From Nemertoderma westbladi (taxonomy: Eukaryota; Animalia; Xenacoelomorpha): 64,000 nucleotides of DNA. Within the stretch, counting starts at the first letter, position 1; each line of letters opens with the position of its first letter. The translations under genes were made by a program, and so were the position numbers. The notes beneath the pieces are model-generated. The model worked only from the letters and a program-made list of their open reading frames with translations. It searched no databases and was not told the origin of the DNA. Location of the stretch: positions 1,603 to 65,602 of the forward strand of contig JAUCBJ010004643.1 of NCBI GenBank assembly GCA_032718475.1, given 5' to 3'. Shown here piece after piece: positions 25,334 through 39,200 of this stretch.

Positions 25334-26513
25334 ACAGTCCGTATCTCATTCTAGATACTGTTTCTCAAACTGGGTACCTTTTCTCTTACCTCACTCTTAC
25401 TAACTCAAACCTGTCTGGTTTACTCAAACCCAACTCAAACTCGCGTAACCCCCCATTGTGCACTGCGTAGCATTCATACAACAAGCTGTCTGTGCTTAAT
25501 GGTCCACTCGCTTCTGTTATACTCTGCCTACGGGTAATTGATGGTCTCCTGCTGTTATAACATTCCCTAAACTTGATTTGTTTGTGTGTAATTAACTCCG
25601 GTAGACAGCGAGAATTAACTTGCAGACTCAGTGACTCAATTTATTTTTAAATTTCAGAATAAAAAAAATTATATGCTAAATTATTAAACTGAAGATTTAT
25701 TAATTTTTTATTACATTTTCTGTTAGTATTACATCGTCAATGTTGTTGAATGTTTCTAATGTTTAACTTTAATGTTTTACTAATGATTTACTAATGTTTA
25801 ATTATCTATTACATCGTCAACACAATTATTCGCAATACATCCGGGTGTGGGTATCCCGGGCAAAGGGGTCAAAGGAAACCTCTGTAATTATAGACAGGGC
25901 CATATTTATGAGAGGGGGGGGGGGGGGGGGGGGGGGGGGTAGTGGGTTGGTGCGAGGTCCCCTATGTACTAATAATTCTTAATTAACCATTATATTTTTA
26001 AACTGATATGTCTTGTAAGGCACCAATTGACATCAAACAGACAGACAACAGAGCACCAATTTCCCCCAACAATATTCCCAGAATTAAAACTTTCTCTACA
26101 AACAGACCGAGCCAGTGTGGTTTAGTTAACAACATACATTTAGTAAAGCCCACAAAGGAACTGCGTGATTGACATGTCTTTTATGAGACACACGCAAGCC
26201 GGCCTGCCCAGCTTACCGGTCGGCCAAGCAGCAGACAGAGGCCCCTTCCCCATGTGGTGCCTCACTCAACCAGAGTAATTATCCATCCCGTACAGGAAGA
26301 GTAATGCTGAGTATGGCACAGTTGGAAGTCAACCTAACTCAAACCATGGCGCCAGACTCTAGTTTGAGTTAGATTGAGCTGGCTGCATCTTTCTGATTTC
26401 TCAACTCTTACCCCAGTCTTACCTACTGAAATTCTCCGTTGACTATCATTAGTAAAAGGTTTGAGAAATGATACCCAGTTTGAGAAATAATATTCAGAAT
26501 GAGATAGGGACTG
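25334..26513. mobile_element. Tc1/mariner-like MITE with imperfect TIRs and flanking TA
   Basis: TA|CAGTCCGTATCTCATTCTAGATACTGTTTCTCAAACTGGGTA pairs with TACCCAGTTTGAGAAATAATATTCAGAATGAGATAGGGACTG|TA. Confidence 0.7.
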
Positions 26514-26699
26514 TAGGCTACATAACCAACCGAGTGATTCCCCGAACTTATATATTTTATTCTAAGTTTATTAGGAGGTGGAGGAGGGGGTGGTAACCTA
26601 AACGGAATTTTAATTTACTATGAGAACAATGCCCCGTTTATAAGTGAGCATATAATTAATGCTGTGAACCCTCGGTAACTTCTTGATGTACAGTTCAGT

Positions 26700-28760
26700 A
26701 TAAAACATCAGGAATTAGGATTCCCCTGCTCTAAGAGCCCAAGGGACTGGCATATAACAGTACGGCTACTGGCTCTACTGCTGCCTGGTATAAACTTACT
26801 TTCACAGGTCTGATTTCAGGTTATTTCCACTCCCTTGATAGTTTATTTAAGGGGGGGGGTAGCGCATTTTCTGACCAAAAAGTCGAATTTTTGAAACATA
26901 TCCTATCTGATGCAGAATTTTATGCTGAATCCAAATATGGAAACCGTTTCCCTATATCTTGCTTACTTTTCGAGATATCTGGGATAGAAGAGACTGGCTC
27001 CGATATATCGCGATATCGGTAAGGCGATAAAGTTTGGGGTTTGCATTCAATTTCTGCAAATTTCTGTGCTCATTGGTGCTAATTGGATGTCTCCACGAGA
27101 AAGAGCACAAAATTTTAATTGAGAAGGTATTCTTTTATGATTATTGGACCTACTGATCAGTTTATAAGACAACTTCATGTCTACGGAATGAAGACGGGAC
27201 TCAAATAAGCGACTCTGTGGTCTTTGAGGGATGACACGGAATAGACTTATCGGTCATCAGAGATCTTCAAAATGTATAATCTCCAGTTCTAGTGGTCGTA
27301 CGGAGTTCGTTTAGGGCTCATTCGAAAGCTCTTTTCTCAGAGACCACTTCTCAGAGACCATTTCTCAGTTACCATTTGGTTTGGCAAACTCTTGAAAGCT
27401 GCCTGAGCAATCATAACTTGTACAAAATTTGCAAGGCATATTTTACCCAAATTCATGTTATGTTGCTTTAGAACCATTTTGTCTTAAATCAAATGGTAAC
27501 TTTGTTCTCTAAGAAAAGAGCTTTCGAATGAGCCTAAAACGAACTTCGTACGACCACTAGAACTGGAGATTATACATTTTGAAGATCTCCGATGACCGAT
27601 AAGTCTATTCCGTGTAATCCCGCAAAGACCGCAGAGTCGCTTATTCGAGTCCCGTCTTCATTCCGGAGACTTGAAGTTGTCTTATAAACTGATCAGTAGG
27701 TCCAATAATCATAAAAAAATACTTTCTCAATTAAAATTTTGTGCTCTTTCTCGTGGAGACATCCAATTGGCACCAATGGGCACAGAAATTTGCAGAAATT
27801 GAATGCAAACCCCAAACTTCATCGCCTTTACCGATATCGCGATATATCGGAGCCAGTATCTTCTATGCCAGATATCTCGAAAACTAAGCAAGATATGGGA
27901 AAACGGTTTCCATATTTGGATTCAGCATGAAATTCTGCATCAGATAGGATATGTTTCAAAAATTCGTCTTTTTGGTCAGAAAATGCGCTACCCCCCCCTT
28001 AATGTAGACCATACCTTGCCCATCTAAGATCCTGCAGTCTATGTAGCAGAAGTCAAGCATGACTAAACAGGCCATACAATGACTGACGGTGGACAGACTT
28101 ACTTTCTGGTGTCTGACTGGTGATAGACTTAGGTCTTTTCACAAATTGACCAACATCGGATGCTGTTTGATCTAGACTGCTGAGCAGTCTTTGTGAGTCA
28201 TCAAATGTTTCTTATAATAAATCCAAATCATCAGCAACGTGAAGGCCCATAAAGTGTATTGGTGGTTTTCCTCTATTTTTACTACCACCGGCTGGTTGTA
28301 TTTCCGTCTATACAGTATAATGTTCTTTAAGAGACATTCGCTGTATAATCCGGCCCAATAATGAAGAGAAAAGGAGCACGCGTGTCACCTTTATGGACAT
28401 CTCACGATACTTCAACTGGGTCGGTTTCTCCATCTGATGTAGAGATAAATGTTGTTAGTGATTGATTCCAGCATTTACATCATCAGAAACCCCACAAGCC
28501 GGAAGTATCTTAAACATGCGTGGACGGGAGGCACAATCATAGGCCTTAAGGAATTTTACAAAGTTGACGGCTAGATGCCTCGTAGACAATTCTTCAATGA
28601 TCCGACGAAAGTGAAAAAATGGGCTCCAGGGTATTTTTACCTATGAAACCCATATTGGTTGTCACGCAGGAACCTTTCAACAGAATCCTTATGCGGTTCT
28701 ACATTATTCTGTTGAAACCGCAACCTTAACTGCAACCGAAATCAGGCAACAATACATTTT
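26700..28760 (-). pseudogene. Old RTE RT fossil, split by the Kolobok-like MITE
   Basis: Joining the flanks at the TTAA gives GKVWSTLNKLSREWK*PEIRPVKVSLYQAAVEPV, versus GKAWAALNRLSRIWKSPRINRKLKVRLFRAAVVPV in the RTE at 60558. ADDL remnant near 28225 and GDT remnant near 28385. Confidence 0.75.
26851..27998. mobile_element. Kolobok-like non-autonomous element with ~490-bp inverted arms and TTAA TSD
   Basis: TTAA|GGGGGGGGGTAGCGCATTTTCTGACCAAAAAG ... CTTTTTGGTCAGAAAATGCGCTACCCCCCCC|TTAA. The arms stay complementary to ~27340/27506. Purine termini with TTAA fit Kolobok rather than piggyBac. Confidence 0.88.
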
Positions 28761-31700
28761 TAAATAATTAAAACGGATCAGTTTTATTAAGATTAACAGA
28801 AGGACCGATGAGCCATGAAACATCTGAAATGAACTCATTCATTTTATCCATGAACTACAGTACATATTTAACCAAAAATTAACTGAAGGAACTCCGGCAG
28901 AGCGGGCTTTGTGTTGTTATGGCAAACTCCCTAAGATAGCAGGTATTCTAACATTATGAAAATACCACCGATTTCGAATAGTGATAGTCGAATGAACACA
29001 GATTTGGTATAAAAATAAATAAAAATGATAAAACAGAACAGAACAGAACAGAACTTAACAATACTATATTTAAGAATATAACGTGTTTAAATTTTAACAA
29101 AAATAAAATAAAATAAACCACCATTGACAATCTTGACTTTCACAATCTTAACATTCACAATCTTAACATTCACAATAGCAACGTCCCAATATCATTTATT
29201 GCATAAATAGACATAATAGTAAAGAACATCGTAATAGGAACAGTTCCTTTAAAAATAGAAAGATTCACCCAATGAAAGAGGTTTGTTAATATTTTCCCCT
29301 CTACTAAGAATTAAGTAGTACCAATTATTGTACCTTCAAATTGAAAACGTGAACTAAATCCATTGGTTCAGCCCATTGTCACTTTAAAGCAGTTACCATC
29401 AAAAATCGCATAAAGAACTACAGTATATAAGGCTACTGTATTTCTATTAGTAGGCCCTACTACAGTATATAACATATTGCAAACGTTATCGTATAGTTTT
29501 ACTTCAGGCCAAATACGTATATTATCCAGTGTGAAACCTCGGGTAAACCTCTCTGTGTGAAATTGGCTGTAATTCTCAAAACTTCCTATTGCAACACGAA
29601 TAACAAATTTCACCGACCAGTTGAATACCGGTAATAGCTGAGATACTAAGCTTGATAAAATATTAAGACTGACTGACAATATAGATTTGTTGATGGCGAC
29701 GTTCATTACTAAACTGTATGAAGGGTAACTGTGTGTAAACTGTAGAAAACTGTACGTGGTTTGCCCTTCATTACATATCTTAAGAACATGCTAGTACACT
29801 ATTGTAGGCCTATTTATATTTTCTATTGCGCCTCTAAAGATACAGTATCATACGCTTGTCTTCAAATGCCATTGTACAATAATTAATATCGTAAATAAAT
29901 ACTCCAACTGGCACCTTAAACAAATTTTCTCTACGGCAATAATAGAACCTGGCAATAATATGAGCTTACCTGACACACAGCCTTCGAAACGTAATGACTG
30001 CTAAAATATTCACTAAACTAAGAGAACTCTACTGAAATAATACAACGCAAATAATCGAACGCAAATATAAAAAAGAATTACACAAAAAATACGACATATA
30101 AATAAAGTAACTCCCGTGATATTTCCCGACCTCTAACACTATCCCCCAGTCGCTGTTGTGAATAAATACCTCGCGTGTCCAGCCAGACAGAGTAATACAG
30201 TAGGACTTAAACTCTACCGATAACACCACTGACTAGTTTAGTAGTTAGTCAACGCGTTATCCAGAGGTAGGTAATCCGATTCTGGAACGTAAGCGAAAGA
30301 ATGTAGAGCGCACGCGTCGGCCAGGAGTCGAAGTCGGAGAAATATATACATAGTTCCGGTTCCCACGGTTACTGGTGTTGGGTAAGGCAGATGGGGTGGG
30401 GGGGGGGGGGGGGGATTGAGCAAATCCCTCCTCCACGAATAATATCTAGTTTAGTCTAATTAACTATGTTAATTATTAATTAATACAAAAAAGTTAATAG
30501 TAGCAACAGCAGAATTGTAGTTTAATTTTTGGAAGCAATCAGCTGATTTTAGCGTCGACTTTCCCCAGGAGAGGGATAAATTTTGATATTGAAATTTGAA
30601 TTTTGAAATAGCCCCACCCTACCTGGGTCGGAAGGGATAGTTGCAGGGACGGCAGAGTTTGATGTGGGGTTCCACGAGTGGTCAGTTGAGTTGCTCAGTT
30701 ACTGGTAATTATATATTAACATCATGGGACTAGTGCCCTGAACGTCGCGAGTGAGTTTTACTCTTTACACACTGGGTCTCGACTGCCAACCAACCACCCT
30801 GACGTCAGTTACGTAATAGACAAAGCGGCGCGGCTGCAATTCAATAGTTCAAGTAATTAAATATAAACTTCTGTTCGTTTATAGACAGCACATACATTAC
30901 AGTACCCATCGCACACTATATAAAGCAGTTACATTGTCACATCAGTGTACATCAGCGTCTGTAATACGCGACACATAAATAGGCCATACTTGTCCCGAAT
31001 CGAATTCTATACAGTAACGAAACTACAGTACAGTATAATGTACATATAAATTGGTAATGTGCGTTATCGATATGTTTGTGTCAATAAAAAACACAGACAC
31101 AGTGTATGTGTTATATTTCAATTAGCCTGAAAAGTAATGCACAAATACACAGTATATTTTTATTTCACTATTTTCTATAGTACAGTATTAGTGGTTATGC
31201 AGTTATGGTAAATGGCAAATGAAGAGAACAAGCAAAACAACTCAATCGTACATTCTGTACAGTAGAATTCTACATGTATAGTAACGTGCATAATACATAT
31301 TAAAAAGTACAAATTAAATATTTCACAAGTTGCTTTCAAAATTTAAAGTAAATTAAAAGGAATTAATAGTAATCAATTTATTAATTTCAGTAAAATGATA
31401 ATAAAATAATTGAAACACTTATGATTCGTTGATTCGTTATTTTTCTATTTCCTGTAACAGAATAATAATTATTTTTATATAATTAATGTAATGGGTTGCT
31501 AAAAAATTAAATATGGAAATCAAGATTAGGGAAGAAATGGATGGCCACGAATTTATAAAATAAATTCGTGCCAATCCATCAATATTGGTTAGCATTGCGT
31601 GTTATTGTTTAATTAATTGGAATGCGAATGTAATTATATTGCATATAAGTTATATAATATTGAATCATAATTGATATCTATCTCACACAAATATTTAACA

Positions 31701-32023
31701 TGATTACAATCAAATACATCTAGATATGAAATAATAACATTTTGTTATGATTTCACAATTATTGTTTTACTTTTCCATAGTGTAATAATCACTTACTGTT
31801 GTGTCGGGAATGCAGGGGGTGGGGGTATCAGTTCCAGATGTATGAAGGCCAGAGAGACAATACAATAGCCTGGAGGTGGGCGTTGTAGACTAAACTGACC
31901 TACTGTATGTTTACTTAGTAATTATAAATATACTGTACAATATCGTACGTAAAAAAAATACAGAAATACAGTATGTTCCTATTTCGCGGTAATTCTATCC
32001 ACTGTATAAAGAATGAAAATAGA

Positions 32024-33199
32024 CTAGGATGATGCAGAAGTGCCGGTAGTAGTAGCGGATGTGGTACTCGTATTAGTCGAAGTGGTAGTAGAAGTAGTAG
32101 AGGTGGTGGTAGCCGAAGTGGCCGCAGCAATAGCCCGGGCTCTGGCAGTGGCAGAATCTGCCGGGCTCACAATCACGGTTCGTGGTTGGACCGCAATAAC
32201 AGGAGTAAAGGAAGGCGCAGCTGGCAAATACTGCATCGACAAGTTTGTCTGCTGGAGGGCAACGGATGGTGATATAGCAGCTATGTGCATATCGTGCACA
32301 GATAATATAATATCATCTGTGGCAGCTTTGCCACACTTGTACCACCCCGAGATGGTGAAACCCCCCTTGCTCATTGATAGCCGTAGCCATTTTAGTTATG
32401 TTCTCACGCAGGTTATTGCTATCGAACCGTGAGCGGGGCAGTGACAAAGCCTGACTTGACAAAAACAAATTTGTCAAACCCAAGCTCTGCCACAAATCAC
32501 CATTCTCGAATGGTATCAGATGATCGCTGGTTAGAGCAACCACCACAGCAGCCAATGCCCATCCTTCTGTAGACACCTTGTCGATGCAGCAGCACTGCAT
32601 CGTTGCCTTTCTCCTATCACAGAGAAATCCGGAGCAGGTAGGTCCCACTATCTGGGGGATGTCAAACCGCAGTTTCTCCCCCACCAGGCGAAAATCGTGG
32701 TACGCCATTTCTTCCTTGGAGGACATATCTAGAGGCAAAGAGTATAGACACTGACTTTGAACAATAGCAGGAAGTAGTGGGGAATGTGTATTTATAATAG
32801 GATTATCCAAAGAGTGGTGGAGGTAATCTCCTGTAAATATAGGATCACAGATTTGGACCACCCCTCCAAGTTTTACCTCGCGATGGAGAAATAGATTGCG
32901 AGAATGGTTAGAATCGCGGGTAAAGATTGTAAAACATAGGTCTGAGTCTAGATCTCCAAGCACTACCTCCCGGTCAAAGGCTCCCTCTTTCTTGGCCTGC
33001 TTAGGTGGAGCAGACCCACCACCTCCGAACCCTGGCATTCGCCCCACACGTACAGTACGTAGGGGAGGAGGCGTTCTACCCGGGCAATCATAAGAATAAC
33101 TCCCATCAGTACCGTCTGATTAGGAACATACAGTTTCGATTGGTACCCTTGTACCACTTCTTGTATAGAAACCCGACGCCGATTGTTTATTCGATCCAT
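32024..33199 (-). pseudogene. Accessory gene of unknown function (~390 aa, two frameshifts), divergent from the RepHel gene
   Basis: Overlapping ORFs 32963-33205, 32313-33047 and 32024-32374 join into one reading: MDRINNRRRVSI...FDREVVLGDL...CSGFLCDRR..CCC...AINEQGGF/TISGWYKCG...S/T-rich tail. It is a GC-rich island in AT-rich flanks. Confidence 0.7.
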
Positions 33200-36100
33200 C
33201 CTCACTACTGAATGAATTATTTAATCTTTAATTACTGCAGTAATTAATGGTTATATTACATTAATACCAAAATATTTAGTCACTTTAGAAAATAATTAAA
33301 CGCATTAACTGCTTAAGTAATACATCATTTAATATACAGTATCTATCTAATTTAATATTTATTTGAATTATTTGAATGAACTGTTCATACTGTAGTCGTA
33401 AAATTTAATTACCGGTAGCTTACTATTTCTGATTTCAATCTAAAATCCATTACGCTTGTACTTACACTTGTTTATAACCATTCGGTTATTTAAAGAATAA
33501 ATATGAATATTATATGACGGTTGCCGTGGGATATTAAATTGAAACATATTTTCCACTACCGCAACAATAATATGTCAGTGGTATGTGTCACTACCAGCTA
33601 AGCCAAGGTGTACAGTATTGAATAACTAGTTCACTTTGAGATAGGAAAATACCTAACCGGTATTAGAAGACTACTACTCAAATAAATACCGGTAATTCAT
33701 TTTCTGGCTACTGTAGTTTTCATTATTTTCACTAAGAATTAACTTACCTCTAGCCAGTCAGGTATACTAAAGTTTAATTTAGTTCAGAAGCGTTTGCTGT
33801 TTGACTTAACTGGGTGTTTTAATAGGCCTACCCGCGGTATCGGAAACGCTTGACTAAACAGTTATGACTTAAAACTGAAAGTTTTATACCGGTACTAAAC
33901 ATGACTGGTGAATACAGCTATAGCGGTACAAACAGTACAGTTGACTTTTAATACTGAAAGTATTTCTGGCAATCTGGTAGCGCTACTTGAATACCAGTAC
34001 CAGTAACTGATATACTGAAACAGGGGCCTGAACATTGATTAGTGATTACAGTAACATTTGTCAGGCTGTACAAACAGTGGAAATTATAATACTGGAAGTA
34101 TTTATGGTTGGGATACTTAACCTCCATCTTACCAATGTCTGATAGTAGCATAACTGATATAAGTGGACTAACAGATGGTCAGATAGTTGATGACCGGTTC
34201 CTGGTAGGCCTATAGGACCAAGCCGGTGGCATTTACTACCGCAGTACTAAAAGTATTTTAGCCTGCCTGACAGTCTGGCCGTATGATTTTGGTAGCGCTT
34301 ACCGGTAACGGTACCGGTCTGCCGGTGTAGTTGCTGCAATCAGTAGTTACTGTATGTACAGTATCTTTTACTTTGGCGCCCAAAAGGGTTGGATACGTTT
34401 TGTTTCTTAAATTTTAAGTGTTTTTAACCTGAATTATTATTTAAGATAGGCAATTAATGAGTTTCGCTATCGGTAACATCTGTTGTCATTGTTTTACTTA
34501 GTACTACAGTCAGACAGTATCACTTGGCCAATTATACCTGATGACAAGGGTTAACAAACAGACAAATTAATCAAACAAATTGATTGGTCATTGGTAAGAA
34601 GTATAGCGGTCGCGGACGATTTAAACGAATTCAGTATGTCGTAATGTCGATTAGCGTACTACGTCTCATCGCTTACTCTTCGTCTCTCCGCCCATAACGA
34701 TTACAGATACAGAAACAGATGATTATAGAAACAGATGATAGATTATTGTAACAAAGTATAACAAACAGGTTTGTTAATCACGTTTAGTTTGTTATTGTAC
34801 CTTATGCCAACTGGTACTGTCTTTCAACAATATCGTAGGTCTCCCATACAGTATCTTAATAATAATTACACACATGTGGGTGGAATCACATTGAAAAGTT
34901 GTTTTACTAAATATAAACTCATACTAGGCCTATAACTAATACCGAACTCGAACTGTAATTTAGGCCTATGTTGTACTTTATGTAATAAATTACAAAATTT
35001 CAAGGGGTAAAAATATCGTGACAATAAATTATTAGATTTTATTAATTGATGTACGCAGTTCGCTATGATAAATGCTTGCGATACAGATAACATTAACCTG
35101 CATATTCGATGGTATAATACTGTATAAGCCTATGTATTATACTGTAGGTCGACATTTATTTCGTCACTTTCCATTTATTCTGTATACTGTATAAGTACTG
35201 TATTGTGCAATATTTTCCTTTCAGCCTTAATAATCACACAGTGTTTATAAGGAGGTTGGACCTAACGTTGAACCTAACAAGGAGGTTGAACCTAACCTAA
35301 AGATTCTTCGGATGATTCTTCAACGAAATAAAAGTTTACCACCAACGTTGTGTAAATGGCCTGCTGATTTATTCTGCATAATAAGCTGATACCGTTAGTA
35401 CAGTCTGACAGTAGTATATAAATAAATTATTATAACACGTAATATTATTATAGTTATCATCAACGCATAACAAACATTAGGTCTACCGGTAATTATCTTA
35501 TCAATTAAAACTCAGTATCTATTAGCGACGGGAACAACATTTTCGCTGCGAATTACGTCGACTCAATTAGACGGAAATCAATTTATTTGAATACGCCAAT
35601 AATAAATTACAGTACGTACCGTAGGCCTACCTACTGTACCGGTAAAATTACTTTCATTATACAGTTGGTATATACTGCCTTTTAATCCTTAACTAGTTAA
35701 TCTAATTAACCTTTTACTGTTCCACCATCGTTTAATCGTTTACATTAATTTTATTTACTTTTCAGATATATTCATATTTCCACGACGAACCTGTTATACA
35801 GTAAGTCTGTTAAAGATAAAGTTTAAATTCTGCTTGGATCCAGTTAAGTCTGCTGTGGGACAAGCGTGGAACTTTACTGAATATATCGAATATTCAACTG
35901 AATATAAATAAGTATACGAATTATTTAACTAAATATTGGAAATGTTTGTTTATTGTTAATGTTTATATGTTTATGTTTATTGTTACTGTTTAAAAGTTTG
36001 AATGTTTATGTTTATTGTTACTGTTTAAATGTTTATTTGTAAATGTAAATGTTTGTTTGTACTGTAGGATATTTACTTGGATCAATTGGGTTAATTTAGC

Positions 36101-36223
36101 CTTATTTGTTGTTAATTGCAATATAAAACATATATGTGTAGGCGTACTGTAAGTCTAATATTACATTAAACTATTAAATCTGAGTATCTGTGGTGAAGGG
36201 TCTAAATCCTTTCTAAAATCAAA

Positions 36224-39200
36224 ATGCCTTTCGTGTCCAAAAAACGTAAGCGACATATAAACAAATGTTCCAAATGCCAATGCATTATATCGAACGAACG
36301 GTCGGGTTTATCCGAAGTTTGCGACCGCTGTGAATTGTCTGCTGTTGGTACGTCATCCATCAACAGTGAGATTCCTCTATCAAACGCCAACGATCCCCAA
36401 ATTATCACTAGTAGCCAGATAGTACCACCTGAGGTACAGGTCATGTTACCAACAGACACTAACTCTGGTGAAAACGTAAGTACTAACCAGATTGAAACAC
36501 ACGACTCATATTGTAACTTGTACAATAATGGATTCGAGTCGGAATCCAGTTTAGAATACCCCGACAGTGACGAGGAGGAATCCATCCTCATGTCGTCCCA
36601 AAATGAGTCTCACACTTCAAGAACCCGTGTTAACCGACAAAGGTGCCAGGTATGCCGTCGAATTTGTAGAACAAATAGCTTATATTGCAATGCTCATCAA
36701 ATGAGTTGGAGTAGACGCAACCCTGAAAGTAATACCAGTCGTAGTGCAGCGTCAGCTAACATAGAAAGCAGTGATAGTGACGTGAGTGGAATAGAAAAAT
36801 CATCAGCTGGTGATTCATCGTCATCATTTGATTTATCAGATGATGATGATATTGACGACTTTGCGTCGGATGGAGAGGTAATTCCAGGTGAATCACAATT
36901 ATCCAACCAGCCTCTAGAAAGGCGTAAATATTGTATAATATGTAACAATACACTCGTTTCACATAATTCTATGTATTGCACGTCACATAGAGCCATCCAA
37001 ACAGTGCGCTCTATAACCACATTGAACACAAATGAGTCAGATATTGCGATGGTACAGCAACCATTAACATACAGCACAGAAATTTTAATGTGCCAGAATT
37101 GTTTTCGTTGGGCTCTACCTTCCAATGATATAGACCTCGGGTATATACTCAGAAGTTCCGTGGCATTTACTAAACATTTCCGCCATATTCATAAACATTC
37201 TGCGGACGCATATACAATATTATGTACATTATGCGCTGTATATTTGACCACAAAATATAATAAATCCTCCGCCCGCCAATGGCAGTTCATGTGGCCCTCT
37301 GTTCTCTGGCACCTCCTTTCCGTTAAAGGTATTGTTGATGATTTTCATCCGTGGAAATTCATCACAACATCCTTGCGGGAATCGTGGTTGCCTTCAGTGT
37401 CCCAAATGCACCACACATTAGTTGATGTCACCATAGAAACGCCGCCACCATATTTCAGAGATATTACCACTGATATCTCGGTGTTTCTAGATGACATCAA
37501 ATCGATGAAACTCGTGAGACTCATAGCCGCACTTAATCGACACCCAAGTTGTTCGGTTAGATGTGTTTATGGTTGTCACGAGTTTCTAGAATACTCCAAA
37601 CCAATATCATTGGCGGCGATATTAAATGAAGTCGTCCCCGACTTCACTGTGTACTGCTCTAAACATCTGAAATATATGCGTCCTGATTGGATGGAGACAG
37701 TAAGTTTCCTCGAAATTTTCCAAGTTGCGCCGTCAGTTACGATATCCAACGAAGAGGGATTGTGTATCCGTGTGTGTAAACTACATAAGGGTGGCAATAC
37801 CCTTCGCTACGTACACGTCCCACCAAACCCTGTTGTAGGGAGTTTCCCCTGCACAATTCCCGACCGCCTTGGCTCTGCAGTCTTTGTTCCGAGAACATTT
37901 CGGACAGCCAAAGCCGGATACGCTTCCCACACCTACCAGATGTGGGAGGAACAGGGAGCGTATTCCGGTATGACCAGCTTCACTCTCTCGACTGATCGAC
38001 GTTTTGATGTCACAGACGAGAGAGTGGGGCAGTTAGAATCATTATTGCTCCAAACTCGCCCAGATTGTCTGGCCCTACTTTACAATCTTGTAAATAACGG
38101 TCAGTTGTCTGAGCAGACAATGGAGCAATTTATTAATGTTCTTAAACCTTTGGATTTACAGGGACTGTTCTCCGCCCTATCCAAAGGTACTGCAGTACCT
38201 CTATCAAGTGCTTTAGCACTACGGGACCAGTTAGGGACTGTGACTGTTCCTAATCTGGAACATATTCAGGAAAATGATCCGGAACATATTGGATCACTTC
38301 CTGATGATCAGATTGACCAGGTTTTAGAGCAAGTTTCTCTGGGGAACGTAGTTTGCGACCGCGTTCAGTCACCAGTTTTGTTGGCTGACCAGGGTGATGC
38401 CGTTGTTGAACCACTTAACAACCATCCAAATATACCCGAACCTGTAATAGGTACTGTAGTTGGAAATCCGGTACAGTTCAACTCGTCCCAAATGAGATTG
38501 TGGCCGAAAATTATCCCAAACGTACAAAATTGCGACGGCTACGGCGCTATGCCCTTAGTACCTATCATAAAAGATACTAGCAACTTGGTACTGTATCTTT
38601 GTTCTTCCATTTCACTTAACGTGGATGCAGTGTGGAAGTCATTACAACTTTCAGTCAATGACGGAAACTTCAAATGGTGTGGCTATCTGCTACGCTATTT
38701 GTCTAAGTATATTACACCCTTCACTGCGTCAAAAAATAGTAATAGAAATATACCATTCATTAAACGACCAACTGATTTACAAATTAATGAAGTTTTACGT
38801 AACATCCCATCAACAGCAGCGCCAGTGCAGCAGCAAGTTGCTACTATCTTCTCCAACTTGAACAAAATAGAAAATATTCGGATTGAACATAGATCCATTA
38901 TTTCTAATGAAAATGTGTCTGAATTTGTTCAGAATCTCCCACCATCTTCAGAAGTGAATGTCGTATTTATATCGACAGTAGAAAGGCCATCACCGGCCTT
39001 TTCCACTCCATTTGTCCCGGCAAAAATTATTTCCGTAAACAATATCAATACCTGGCAATTGCGTTTTCTTGCCACTTCGTTCTCCACTGCCGCCATTATA
39101 TACCAGTCATATCCTTTCGGGGTTAATGGCTGGTATATAGAGTCTAACAAGACTCCAACAAAGTCGCCAGTGCTGCCGACTGACATACTGCGGAAATGGT

